Assembly (NCBI RefSeq): GCF_001194135.2
Contig: NC_068982.1
Span: 62,815,131-62,878,371 of the forward strand
Source: Octopus bimaculoides
Taxonomy: Eukaryota
Direction of reading: 5' to 3'
DNA length: 63,241 nt
Below, piece after piece: positions 37,258 to 50,221 of this stretch. Positions within the stretch are counted from its first letter, which is position 1. Each line of letters starts with the position of its first letter. Position numbers and translations under genes: made by a program. The notes beneath the pieces were generated by a model. The model had not been told where the DNA came from. It did no database searches and saw only the letters and a program-made list of their open reading frames with translations.

Positions 37258-38115
37258 ATGTCTGACGAAGATGTATTTCCTGAAGAAAATACTACTGCTG
37301 TGGAAGACACTGAAGTGGATGCAGATTTCACGATTAAAAATGAAGACGTACCACAGAAATTTTCTCAAGGAGAGTTAAATGATTTAGTTAGAGACTTGTC
37401 ATTGTCGAAGGATAAAGCTGAACTATTAGCATCTCACCTACAAGAAAAGTGTCTACTTAAGAAAGATGTTTGTATTAATCATTTCAGGAAGAGAAATAGG
37501 GATCTGACTTCATGCTTCTCTGTTGATGGAAGACTTTCTTTCAGTAATAACACTGATGAGTTATTTCGCTGCTTGTTCCAAGAGCATATTCCAGCTGAAT
37601 GGCACTTATTCATCGATTCATCTAAGAGAAGCCTCAAGGTAGTACTACTACACAACGGCAGTAAGAAACCATCCATTCCCCTAGGACATTCAGTGCACAC
37701 GAAGGAGTGTTATGAAAACATGCAAGTACTCCTCAATGCCATAAAGTATACAAACTATAGCTGGAAAATCTGTGGAGACTTGAAAGTGATTGGAATGTTG
37801 ATGGGAATGCAATCTGGGTTCACGAAATATTGTTTGCTTTTTATGCATGTGGGACAGTCGTGCAACTAACAAGCACTGTATGCAATCAGAGTGGCCTTTG
37901 CAAAAATTATGAGTCAAGAGTTTCTAGCGTCCAGAAAATGTTTTTCTTCCCCCTCTTCACATAAAGCTTGGCCTCATGAAACAATTCGTGAAGACACTTG
38001 CCCGGAAAAGCTCACAAGGTTTTGAATATGTGAAGGCCAAATTTCCAAAAATCACCGAGGCAAAATTGAAGGAGGGCGTATTCATAGGGCCGCAGATAAA
38101 AGAACTCTTGAAGGA
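37258..38115 (+). pseudogene. Chapaev3-like (CMC superfamily) DNA transposase remnant
   Basis: FSQGELNDLVRDLSLSKDKAELLASHL, WHLFIDSSKRSLKVVLLHNG, ICGDLKVIGMLMGMQSGFTKYC, then after a frameshift CFLCMWDSRA, PPLHIKLGLMKQFVK and KFPKITEAKLKEGVFIGPQIKELLKD. The superfamily name is from recall of these motifs. Confidence 0.75.
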
Positions 38116-38324
38116 CAACCACTAGCCGTGCATCACGTCGCTTGATTTATTTTAGATACAAGAACTCTGTATCTTGCATCTCTTATTCTTGCTTTCAGTC
38201 AAAGCTTGCTAATTAGTATAACGACTACCAGCGCTATTTTTAAAATCATCGCTACAATCACACAATATTTATTTCAACATGATAATTTTTAAGGTCGTGA
38301 AATTAGGTTACTTTGCTAGTCCCC

Positions 38325-38633
<309 letters not shown>

Positions 38634-38775
38634 ATTGCAGCGTGGAAGGTGTTTATAAGCCATTTAAGAAACACACAAAAACCGTTAGATTCACTCCAAC
38701 ATTTAAATTTAATTTGCCAAAATATTTTCGACACTTTGAGACCGCGACCTGTTCACTGACAAAATTCCGTGCTGC
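38634..38775 (-). mobile_element. Putative Penelope-like terminal repeat carrying a hammerhead-like motif and ending in (AAT)n
   Basis: Non-coding 140-bp unit between the microsatellite and the Tigger fragment. It contains the fold at 38713-38763, and its minus-strand 3' end runs into (AAT)n. Confidence 0.5.
38713..38763 (-). ncRNA. Minimal type I hammerhead-ribozyme-like motif with G3:C8 covariant core
   Basis: Minus strand TTTGTCA-GTGAACA-G-GTCGC-GGTCTCAAA-GTGTC-GAAAA-TA-TTT-TGGCAAA. Stem I has 7 bp, stem II 4 of 5 pairs, and stem III is the palindrome AAAATATTTT. Confidence 0.55.
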
Positions 38776-38783
38776 ATTCCGTG

Positions 38784-39950
38784 AAACAATTTAAAATAAA
38801 ATGTGTTTCCCTGCGTGGAGAAAAAGCATCAGCTGACAAAAAAGCCGCCGAGAAGTACCTCGAGACCTTCAGGTAGATCATCGAGGACAAGGGATACAAG
38901 CCGGAACAGGTTTTCAGTATGAACGAGACTGGCTTGTTCTGGAAGAAAATGCCTTCCAGAACGTGCATCATGAAGGACGAAGCCAGAGACCCAAGATTTC
39001 AGGCACAGAAGGACAGAGTGATGCTAATTATTTGTGACAATGCTGCTGGCTTCATGGTGAAATCAGGACCTATCTAAAAGTCCGCCAACTCGAGGGCCTT
39101 CAAAAATAAGAATAAATATCTCCTGGATAAGAATAAAAATCACTGGATGCACAACCCCAAGGCCTGGATTACCAAAAGTCTAATTTTGAACAGGTTCCAC
39201 CAATGCTTCATCCCTCAAGCCAAGGAATACCTCCAAAATGTTCAAGGTGTTTCTTGTTATAGATAATGCTGGTGGATTTGAATCACGAGGAAGTTCAAGT
39301 CGAGTTCCTTCCTCCAACACCAAATCCCTCATCCAGCTTATGGATCAAGGCGTGATCCGTGCCTTCAGGATCCACGATACTCTTAAAGACATAAAAAAAA
39401 CCTCATCGCATGTTGGAAGGTGCGGCCAGAGGGTGTTCAGGACTACGACAGCTTCTCACCTGAAGATATTCAGCACGAGGCTGTCAACAATGCGGTAAAA
39501 CTGGCAAAGTTACTTTGTAGCGAAGGATTTGACGACATCATACAAGATGAGGTCAACGACCTCATCAATGCCCACTCTGAAACCCTGACAGACGAAGGTT
39601 TGTGGGAGTTAACAATGTCTGCCAACGAAGAGGATGAGGTGGGCCTGGCAATCAAACGTCTGTTCGACCTTTTAAAGCAAAGGAATTGTAAGGGAATACA
39701 GAAGAATGGGATCCCAATATAGTTCAGTCTCTCAAATTTAAAAATGCCATCGATACTTCCATGCAGACATATAAAACTCTCTTCACCACCATGAAGAAGC
39801 AATGACAGCAAATTCCCATCACAATTTTCTTGAAGCCCACCAAGAAAGCCTTGCAGGAAGATACGACATTCCCTCACATGAAGAGCTTTAAATCTTCTTT
39901 GCTGTGCTGTCATTACCTTCATTATTTTCATCATCATCGTCTTAAATCAA
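38784..39950 (+). mobile_element. Tigger/pogo (Tc1-mariner superfamily) transposase remnant
   Basis: VSLRGEKASADKKAAEKY...GYKPEQVFSMNETGLFWKKMPSRT, KDRVMLIICDNAAG, WMHNPKAWIT, KVFLVIDNAGG, FLPPTPNPSSSLWIK/LIQLMDQGVIRAF (DDE_1-type motifs), with many lesions. Confidence 0.88.
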
Positions 39951-40225
39951 TATAATTCATTATTGATTATTGGTGAGTAACCGTACATTTTACTTTAATT
40001 TTCATTAAATTATTATCGAATATCATATATATTCAGGATGTATCATATATATTCAAGACGCAACGAAAATTTTAGGAAAATAAAACTAAGAAATAAGTGG
40101 AAATTTTAACGGTGAGTGTGTTAAATTTTAAGGCACGATAAGAAAATGACTCTCCCCAGACACAACAGAATATGCTTCAACACACGAAATCATATAAAAA
40201 ATCTTGCAAACCAAATCCAAAAACG

Positions 40226-40260
<35 letters not shown>

Positions 40261-41164
40261 TACACACACGAGATATATTCTCCTTTACAGCGCTTACACC
40301 CACCGCAATCTCTCGTCCCTTCTCGTCTTCTGTATTTTGCTATCTCTACTTTGTATCGATGTCTCCTTTTACACTGAAATGAGATGAAATCTTTCATCAT
40401 CAAGCTTTAACTTCGCATCTATATTTGATTATTATTCCCCACTGCCACTACCGCCACATCCATCATCGCCACCTTCATCACCTCAAGACCAAAATTTATA
40501 TCACCATCATAACCATCAACAACATCAGCTACCATCACCGTCACCGACATTAGTATCACTACCGCTACTATCAAAGTCGTTTACTATCTTCACCACGAAC
40601 GACAATCAATATCACTACCGTCGCCCCCACTACTACCACTCCCGTTAACTACAATCAACCTCGTCTATTTCTTTCAAACTGCTCTGCCTTCTTCCCTGCA
40701 ATGAATCCTTTCTTGTCGTTCAATTTGCTTCGTTCACCTGCCTCATCAACATCTCTGTCGTACAAAAAGAACCACAGCCCATCAACAACGATCATAATGA
40801 CAACGATAGCCGCCAACACCACCAGCATCACAATTATAGAATCAGCAGCATCGTCATCATTATCTACAACAACAACAAAACAACACCAACGAACACACAC
40901 TGACAATCGTATTAAATTATTGACAAAAACTAAAAAAAAAAGAAATTAAAAAAATTTTAGATGGGGGTAAAAAAAAGACATTTTCCAGCGTTTTTGAAAT
41001 ATCAAACTATTTGGTTTGGACATGAAACAACAGCAAAAACAACAGCTATAAGAAAGACAACAAAAACAACTGCAATAAAGACAACAAAAACTTTAAAAAA
41101 CACTATTGTTTTTGTTAACATCATTTGAAGCAGAAAGCTAGTAGAATTGTGAGCACGCCGGAGT

Positions 41165-41540
41165 TCAAACGCTGCCGAAGTCGACTTTGCCTTTCATCCT
41201 TTTCGGGGTCGATAAATTAAGTACCAGTGAAACAATGGGGTCGATGTAATAGACTAGCCACCTCCCCCAAAATTTCAGGCCTCGTGCTTTAGTAGAAAGG
41301 ATTATTATATTATTTCTTGAGGCGGCGAGCTGGCAGAATCGTGAGCCCGCCGGAAAAAAATGTTTCGCAGTGTTTCATTCGTTTTTAAATTCTGAGTTCA
41401 AACGTCACCGTGGTCAACTTTGTCTTTCGTCCTTTCGGAATCGATAAAATAAATATCAGTTCAGCACTGTAGTCGATATAATCGACTTCCCCACCCGTCA
41501 AATTTCCTTGCCTTTTGCCAAACTCAGAAAGAATATTACG
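41165..41540 (+). mobile_element. Two tandem SINE family B copies
   Basis: The first has GTCGACTTTGCCTTTCATCCTTTTCGGGGTCGATAAATTAAGTACCAG...TAGTAGAAAGGATTATT. The second starts GAGGCGGCGAGCTGGCAGAATCG at 41319. Confidence 0.88.
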
Positions 41541-42184
41541 CTCTGCGTTCAAGAACTATCGGAATCGATTTTGTTTTCCACATTGGTCTGGTTTATAAAA
41601 CAGAGTAAAAGCTTTTAAGTGACTTTTACTGTCACATATTTAGCAACTGGGTTTTTCGCGCTGAATCACAAACCTTGCGCCAATCTGTCAGTGAAATATA
41701 GTTTCGAAATTTCCTTGTGGTCTCTTGAATCATTAGGATCATGATATCTAGACATAGTTTACTCGACCAAATATTGACTGAGGTACTCTATCCACTCACC
41801 ATAAGCCCACACAGTTACTCAAAGGTGGCGACAAACAATGAATTGAGATCTGCGTTAGCATCTCTGACTGTGATCCAATATACTGATGAAGCTGTATTTG
41901 GGCAGGTGTGTGACCCAGCAGGTTACTTATGTCTTTCTCGTTCTTGAAATCAGAAGCACTCTTTTATATGTCCTATCCGTCGACGAAGTGGCCATACATC
42001 GGTCAGATACTTCTCCTCCAATTCTTTCTTCGAGAGTAAAAAGATGTTGGATTTTTCTGTTTGATTGGCTGAAATCGAGAGGATGATCGCCATATATGTA
42101 TGCGTGTTTGTGTGTGAATGTACGTACATACATACATACATACATACATGTGTGTGTGTGCGTGTGTATTACCTTTTATCCCTT

Positions 42185-42390
42185 ATCTTTTACTTGTGTC
42201 AATCTTTGAAAAGCGGTCATGCTGGGGAACCATCTTGAAGTGCTTGTTTTTTTAAAGTCTGCTACTTAACCTACCAGCCACTTTTGCCGAACCGTTAACT
42301 TACAGGAATATAAACAAACCATCACCGGTTATCTAGCGGTGGGAGAAGCAAACGCAGGCACAAGCACATACACACACACATACACACACA

Positions 42391-42467
<77 letters not shown>

Positions 42468-42650
42468 ATACACGTGCGCGCGCGCGGCCATATAGACATA
42501 TACGTAAGACGGGCTTCAACACAGTTTGTGTCTACCAAATTCACTGACATGGTACAGGTCGGTCGGGAGCTATAGTAGAAGAGACTTGCCGAAGGTGCTG
42601 CTAACTGGAAATGAACCCGAAGTCACGTGGTTGCAAAGCACAACATAAAA
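42185..42650 (-). mobile_element. SINE family A with long internal (CA)n
   Basis: Tail TCTTTTACTTGTGTC, body GCCGAACCGTTAACTTAC, (CA)n, then CTACCAAATTCACT...CTATAGTAGAAGAGACTTGCC. Confidence 0.8.
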
Positions 42651-43527
42651 CACGACATTAGTAAGTTTTATTTTCTGTCTACCAAATCTACTCTGTGTGC
42701 GCACTCGGGTTGTGTTTGTGTACAGTAACTTAAAGCTTCCCTACGCCGTGCTTTCAGATTGTACGCTTCACACATCGGCAAGAGTGAAGACCTTCATAGG
42801 GAGAGAATTAAATCACAACTTTCAGTAAACAAATAAATTCTACATCAAGATACTAGCACACCTTTTCTCTTTCGTATACACACACTAGTAAGTACGTGTG
42901 TGCGCCGTGCTAGTGTTCGTGGAAGTTAAGGCAAGACAAGTGGACACGAGAGATGAGATTGAAACTTAAACTAAAATACTTGTGAATTGAGATAGCAAGC
43001 TGTACTCATTTCTTTAGCTGTCTAAAAGGTTGCTGAGAAAATGTTGCTGCAAACAATGAAAGTGATGCGAAATCACAGACACACACAGATACGCACAGAC
43101 ACACATGCACATACACGCACGTATACGCACGCATATCACACACGTCCTCTTCTTCTCTCAGACATCAACAGACAGCAGAGACCCGTTCTGTTTCCTCTGA
43201 GACAACTGATAGCTTGAGGCAAAACTGTCAACGCTTTCTATTATTTACCATTTAGAGACTGTAATCAAATGTTATAGCAAGCTAACAGACAATCAAACAC
43301 TCACAAACATACATTCATTCATTCACTTAATGTTTCATTAACTATATTTAAATACAGATATGTAAATGCGCATACACACACACACACACACACACACACC
43401 ACACAAACGCACACGCATCACACACGCACACGGCACGCCGTACGCAGTATTTTATTGCAGCTTGTAAAACTTTGAACGAATGTATGAATGTGCATATATC
43501 TGCACATTCACACACACACACACGCAC

Positions 43528-43804
43528 ACTAGCAGAGCTACCCGGTGTTGCTCAGGAATAAAATGGCATAGTTTTTATTGTTCTACTTGTTTCGATCATG
43601 TGACTGCGGACATGTTGGAGCACCACCTTTAATCAAAGAAATCGACCCCAGGATTTATCTTTGTAAGCCTAGTACTTATTCTATAGGAGTGTTTTGCCAA
43701 ACGGCTAAGTTACGGGAACGTAAACACAGCAACATTGGTTGTCAAGCGATGGTGGGGATACAAACACAGACACACACATACATGTATGTATACATATGTA
43801 TATG

Positions 43805-43840
<36 letters not shown>

Positions 43841-44218
43841 TACATATATATACATATATATGTATATATATCAATATACATGTATATAAATATACATGCA
43901 TATAAATATACATGTATATAAATATATACATGCATATAAGTTTCAGTATTAATAGTGAAAGTATTAAAATGAAAGTATTACAATAGAGATGTTACGGTTT
44001 CGTTTTTGACACATAATACTGGACTTGTAGAAGACATATGCAATTGCTTCAGGCTCGCATTACGCAAGAAGTTGAAAATTTTTGCCCATGACACTGCATG
44101 ACCCCTAAGCAAGGCATGTGTAAAATTTGAATGAAATCGGTTGGGTAGCTCTCGAGTTTTAGTGATGCACATATACGGACAGACACACATTCTCAGTTTT
44201 ATATATATATGTATATAT
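43528..44218 (+). mobile_element. Non-autonomous Helitron/Helentron-like element interrupted by a SINE A fragment
   Basis: The 5' end ACTAGCAGAGCTACCCGGTGTTGCTCAGG and 3' part AAATTTGAATGAAATCGGTTGGGTAG...ACGGACAGACACACATTCTCAGTTTTATATATATA resemble Lep1/DINE-type ends (recalled). A SINE A 3' half sits on the minus strand at about 43571-43930. Confidence 0.5.
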
Positions 44219-44360
44219 NNNNNNNNNNNNNNNNNNNNNNNNNNNNNNNNNNNNNNNNNNNNNNNNNNNNNNNNNNNNNNNNNNNNNNNNNNNNNNNNNN
44301 NNNNNNNNNNNNNNNNNNNNNNNNNNNNNNNNNNNNNNNNNNNNNNNNNNNNNNNNNNNN

Positions 44361-44630
44361 CTTTTATTTTTTTAATCGCTACAATCATCTGACTGCGGCC
44401 ATGCTGCAGAACAACCTTAATCGAAGAAATTGATCTCAGGACTTATTCTTTGTAAGCCTAGCACTTATTCTATCAGTCGCTTTTGTCGAACCACTTAGTT
44501 ACGAGGACGTAAACACACCAAAGCGATAGTAAGGGGACAAACATAGACAGAAAGACACATGCACATAAATATATACATAATATACGACGGCTTTCTTTTA
44601 GTTTCCGTCTACCAAATCCACTCTCGAGGC
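44361..44630 (-). mobile_element. SINE family A, 3' portion
   Basis: GACTGCGGCCATGCTG...CTTATTCTTTGTAAGCCTAGCACTTATTCTATC...TTTCCGTCTACCAAATCCACT. Confidence 0.85.
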
Positions 44631-44874
44631 TGCGCCCATATGAGTAAAATATAAAAAATGGAGATAAAATTGATAATTAATAAACATCAATTATTATTCA
44701 TTGATTATAAAAAGACATCATCTCATCTGACAGCTATTTCTGTGCGCGCTATTTAGAGCAAAATCAGGCTTAATTATACTAATACTCATAATCACATATA
44801 GGTAATACACCAGTTAATTCATTGGATACAAGTACCCCTTAGACGGTTTTATAACCTCTAATTTAACTCACTTA

Positions 44875-44931
<57 letters not shown>

Positions 44932-45494
44932 ATACATATATAAATATATATAAACACACATACATATATCTCTTTGAAGATCAAACAGGAAAAGAATAAC
45001 TATCGACATCTGCGTCGAAACCTCCAGCTTCTATATCCAGATTATAAATTCACATTTACACCAATAACAATGGTGCTCTTGGATTTGTGAGTAAATTCGT
45101 AAGTGACAATCTGGATAAACTTTCAGAAAAAGAAATCAACCAACTAGCTCGCACATTACACGTACAATCTATAAGTGGAACACAAAAAATATGTAAGAGT
45201 TTTCTCGAGTTTAAAATGTGACATTATTTTTGTTATATGTGTTAGAAATCAACTCCTTCCTCAAAGGAAGAATTTAAATAATTAAAAACAGAAGAGAACA
45301 TACACGCATATTACATACATGCATACGTACATCAATATATGTATCACAACGATGTGAGCACTCACACACACACACACTCTCTCTCTCTCTCTCTTTGACT
45401 AACACATACATTATGTACATACACGTATATACTACATGTGTGTATGTGTGTGTGATTAGACGAGCAAGAAGAAACATCCAAATCACTATCAGCC

Positions 45495-45841
45495 TGGTGG
45501 TTTGCACTCCGTCGCTTACGACGTCGAGGGTTCCAGCTGATCCGATCAGCGGAACAGCCTGCTCGTGAAATTAACGTGCACGTGGCTGAGCACTCCACAG
45601 ACACGTGTACCCTTAACGTAGTTTTCAGGGAAATTCAGCGTGACACAGTGTGACAAGGCTGACCCTTTGAATTACAGGCACAACAGAAACAGGAAGTAAG
45701 AGTGAGAGAAAGTTGTGGTGAAAGAGTACAGCAGGGTTCGCCACCATCCCCTGCCAGAGGCCTCGTGGAGCTTTTGGTGTTTTCGCTCAATAAACACTCA
45801 CAACGCCCGATCTGGGAATCGAAACCGCGATCCTATGACTG
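45495..45841 (-). mobile_element. SINE family C, young copy truncated by N-gap
   Basis: Nearly base-for-base identical to 34285-34620. Confidence 0.92.
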
Positions 45842-46381
45842 NNNNNNNNNNNNNNNNNNNNNNNNNNNNNNNNNNNNNNNNNNNNNNNNNNNNNNNNNNN
45901 NNNNNNNNNNNNNNNNNNNNNNNNNNNNNNNNNNNNNNNNNNNNNNNNNNNNNNNNNNNNNNNNNNNNNNNNNNNNNNNNNNNNNNNNNNNNNNNNNNNN
46001 NNNNNNNNNNNNNNNNNNNNNNNNNNNNNNNNNNNNNNNNNNNNNNNNNNNNNNNNNNNNNNNNNNNNNNNNNNNNNNNNNNNNNNNNNNNNNNNNNNNN
46101 NNNNNNNNNNNNNNNNNNNNNNNNNNNNNNNNNNNNNNNNNNNNNNNNNNNNNNNNNNNNNNNNNNNNNNNNNNNNNNNNNNNNNNNNNNNNNNNNNNNN
46201 NNNNNNNNNNNNNNNNNNNNNNNNNNNNNNNNNNNNNNNNNNNNNNNNNNNNNNNNNNNNNNNNNNNNNNNNNNNNNNNNNNNNNNNNNNNNNNNNNNNN
46301 NNNNNNNNNNNNNNNNNNNNNNNNNNNNNNNNNNNNNNNNNNNNNNNNNNNNNNNNNNNNNNNNNNNNNNNNNNNNNNNNN

Positions 46382-46424
<43 letters not shown>

Positions 46425-46510
46425 TACATACGACGGCTTTCTTTCAGTTTCCGTCTACCAAATCCCCACACAAGGCTTTGGTCGGCCTGAGGCTATTGTG
46501 GAAGACACAC
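46382..46510 (-). mobile_element. SINE family A fragment
   Basis: (CA)n then ACGACGGCTTTCTTTCAGTTTCCGTCTACCAAATCCCCACACAAGGCTTTGGTCGGCCTGAGGCTATTGTGGAAGACAC. Confidence 0.85.
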
Positions 46511-46870
46511 GTCCATATGATGCAGATGTTTATGTAGGATTGTATGCATGCTTGTGTGTATGACTGTATTGATCAGGCTATCGGATGTTATACACCGCTA
46601 GTCACAACGCACTTTCGAATAATGTCACCACGCTGGCTCTGCAGGCAGGCCAAAATAGCCACTGAACGGAACGTCAGTCAGTTGTAGCGTTACGTATTTA
46701 TAGCTGAGTGAATTGGAGAAGAGTGAAATGAAGTGTCTTACTGAAGTACAAAACGCGCCGCCGGTCTGGGAACCAAAAGCACGGTCTTGCGATCGTGTTG
46801 GGCAACATGCTAACCACTAGGCCACGTACGTGCACGAACCCCTCCGCCCCCATATATATATATATATATG

Positions 46871-46903
<33 letters not shown>

Positions 46904-47756
46904 ATGTGTGTATGTATATATATATATATATATANNNNNNNNNNNNNNNNNNNNNNNNNNNNNNNNNNNNNNNNNNNNNNNNNNNNNNNNNNNNNNNNNN
47001 NNNNNNNNNNNNNNNNNNNNNNNNNNNNNNNNNNNNNNNNNNNNNNNNNNNNNNNNNNNNNNNNNNNNNNNNNNNNNNNNNNNNNNNNNNNNNNNNNNNN
47101 NNNNNNNNNNNNNNNNNNNNNNNNNNNNNNNNNNNNNNNNNNNNNNNNNNNNNNNNNNNNNNNNNNNNNNNNNNNNNNNNNNNNNNNNNNNNNNNNNNNN
47201 NNNNNNNNNNTGGGAGCGGGTAAAAGTGGAGGTTTTACCCAAAATTTGTGTAACAATTAGAAAATGGAGGATAATATGCTGAACCCAACTACTTGCATTA
47301 ATTTAATTCATAGCAAAAGTGACAAAAGAAAGGAAGAAAAGAAAGAGAAAGAAAGAACCAAAGCACAGGTGTCCATGGCAGACTATGTTATTTTGCCAAC
47401 ATGGTTTACATATAGAAGTACAAAGTACATAAGGAATTAGAGGATGAACAGAAGTTTAATCTTACTGCTGTTACGGCCTAGTTTTGGCAGGCCCCATTCT
47501 ATCCGAATATTCCTTTCCGGAGTGATTATCGGATGACATTTTGAAATGGGGTTACATGCCCGAACCTCTAGGCCTCTTCAGGGATTCACAAAGGGTTACA
47601 TACAGATGTAGAGCAAGAGGTAAAAAACAGAGGTGTGGTAGAGACCAGAAGAAAAACAACAGCAAAAATAAGATAGAAATAAAAATAAAAGGCACTGTCA
47701 TGCTATTAGCTGTCAGAAGTGAAAGTGCTCACCGCTAGTGTGTGTGTGTGTGCATG

Positions 47757-47793
<37 letters not shown>

Positions 47794-47893
47794 GAAGATA
47801 GATACATTTGGAATACCTACAAGAGATACAGAAAGATTGCTACGCACATAGCTTCCATCTCCCTTTTTTGCTTGTATATTATACATACATATG

Positions 47894-47925
<32 letters not shown>

Positions 47926-48334
47926 ACACACACACACATTTTCCCGTGTAGGAATGCGTCTTACACATAATATGCATAATTCTGTATGTGTGTTTGCGTG
48001 TGTGTACATATACATAGATTCATACACACGCGTATGTATATTAATTTAAATCGGCAGAAGTTAGAAGGGACGAGAGATTTCTGCATGCTACTCCTGAAAC
48101 TGTGCTGTGCACAATCCACTCGGCCTTCAAATCACTTTGTAACTTCTGTCAACCAACAGTTCATTCAATTTTGGCTGGTACTTTAACAAAGGAAAGGCAA
48201 AAGTAAAGATGACATCGGCGTTATTTCAACTCAATACGTAAAGAGCCGGAAGAAAGACCTCTATGTTTTTGGTTCGACTTGCTACATTTCGGTTAGCTCG
48301 CTGCCTTCTTCTGCCTCTTAATAATAATAATAAT

Positions 48335-48545
48335 AATCTTTTCTACTATAGGCATTTGGCCTGAAATTCGAAGGAAGGAGATTAGTCGATTGTATCAACC
48401 CTAGTCTTAACTGGTACTTATTTTAACGATTCCGAAGCGATGAGAGGTAAAGTCAACCTCGGTGGTATCTGAACTTTGAACGCAACATGGACGAAATGCT
48501 GCTATACGTTTTGTCGCAGGTACTAATAGTTCTGCCAGCTCACTA
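48335..48545 (-). mobile_element. SINE family B
   Basis: AATCTTTTCTACTATAGGC...CTGGTACTTATTTTAACGATTCCGAAGCGATGAGAGGTAAAGTCAACCTCGG. Confidence 0.8.
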
Positions 48546-48564
48546 TACTCTCCTGCTAATTATT

Positions 48565-48566
48565 AT

Positions 48567-48642
<76 letters not shown>

Positions 48643-48685
48643 ACTACTACTACTACAAATAATAATAATAATAATAATAATAATA
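48565..48685. repeat. Compound (TAC)n(TGC)n(TAC)n(AAT)n microsatellite
   Basis: Direct inspection. Confidence 0.95.
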
Positions 48686-48734
48686 AGTGTAGATATGTAA
48701 TGTGGGTATATATATATACATATATTGTATTATT

Positions 48735-48960
48735 CTTTTATTCCTTTACTTGTTTTAGAAATTTTGAATGCGGCCATGCTGGAGCGCCATCTTAAACGGA
48801 TTTTAGTCGAAGAAATCGACCCTAGGACTCATTCATTATAAGCTTACTACTTATTCTATCGATATCTTTGCCGAACCGCTAAGTCTACGGAGGCACAACG
48901 GCATCGGTTGTCAAGCGATGGCGGGCGGTATGGGGGGGGGGACACATACACACACCCAAA
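48735..48960 (-). mobile_element. SINE family A, 3' portion
   Basis: GCGGCCATGCTGGAGCGCC...GCCGAACCGCTAAGT...CATCGGTTGTCAAGCGATGG. Confidence 0.85.
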
Positions 48961-49132
48961 TATATATATGCACACACACACACATGTATTTAGATATTGA
49001 TTAGGCAAATACACATAACTCTAGGTCCTTGAGTCACTTCGTAGCTTCTGCCCATTATTATTGGAATACGTATGTATGTATGTATGTATGTATGTATGCA
49101 TGTATGTTTGTATGTATGTATGTATGTATGTA

Positions 49133-49179
<47 letters not shown>

Positions 49180-50141
49180 ATTCATCTTTTGAGTTCTATT
49201 TATCCTGTTAGTACTACCAAATCTCTGTCTCTCTGTCTCTTACATATACATACATACATGCATACATACATACATATATATATATATGCACATTTGTATA
49301 TGTATATGTATATATANNNNNNNNNNNNNNNNNNNNNNNNNNNNNNNNNNNNNNNNNNNNNNNNNNNNNNNNNNNNNNNNNNNNNNNNNNNNNNNNNNNN
49401 NNNNNNNNNNNNNNNNNNNNNNNNNNNNNNNNNNNNNNNNNNNNNNNNNNNNNNNNNNNNNNNNNNNNNNNNNNNNNNNNNNNNNNNNNNNNNNNNNNNN
49501 NNNNNNNNNNNNNNNNNNNNNNNNNNNTATGCATAAATGTATATAGATAGGCAGACAAATAAATAGATACATAGATATAAATATGAATATATGTAGGTTT
49601 ATATTTATGTATACACACGCATAAACACATACAATTCAATAGGGCTAATCACAGACTGAGAAACTCCACTGATTACATGAATACATAAAGTCAAACGGGA
49701 AAGGTATATATTTGATACTTGGTTCTGTATATATATTCTATTTGTCTATAATAAATAAGCTATTTATCCCATGAATAAGGCGCTATTATAGCATACTGCT
49801 GATTATTAAATGTCTGGTTGTAGAAAATGAAGACCTTTGATGTTTGACAAGAATTATCGCGTTTGCGTGACAGAACTATGTCTGGTGGCATATATACTAC
49901 ACGCACTCGTCACAAACACACACACACAATTGCACTAATATGCACCCATATTTGAAAAGGTATAAACGTACACGCTGACATGTGTACAAGAAATATACGC
50001 ATATTTAAAAAATGAGCAAAATATACAAATGTATACATTATATATATGTATATATGTGTGTGTTTCCTTAATTCTAGCTGTATGTCTGTGTCTGCTCGCG
50101 TGTAAATGCACTTACGTAGACTAACACATATATATGTGTAT

Positions 50142-50221
<80 letters not shown>

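Noticed and set aside
37171-37869. Intact 232-aa host gene
   Set aside because: The N-terminus is unrelated read-through; the rest is a transposase that continues in another frame after a frameshift and has deletions.
43140-43260. Exon after the strong acceptor CCTCTTCTTCTCTCAG
   Set aside because: One open frame (HQQTAETRSVSSETTDSLRQN) but no convincing donor before the stop.
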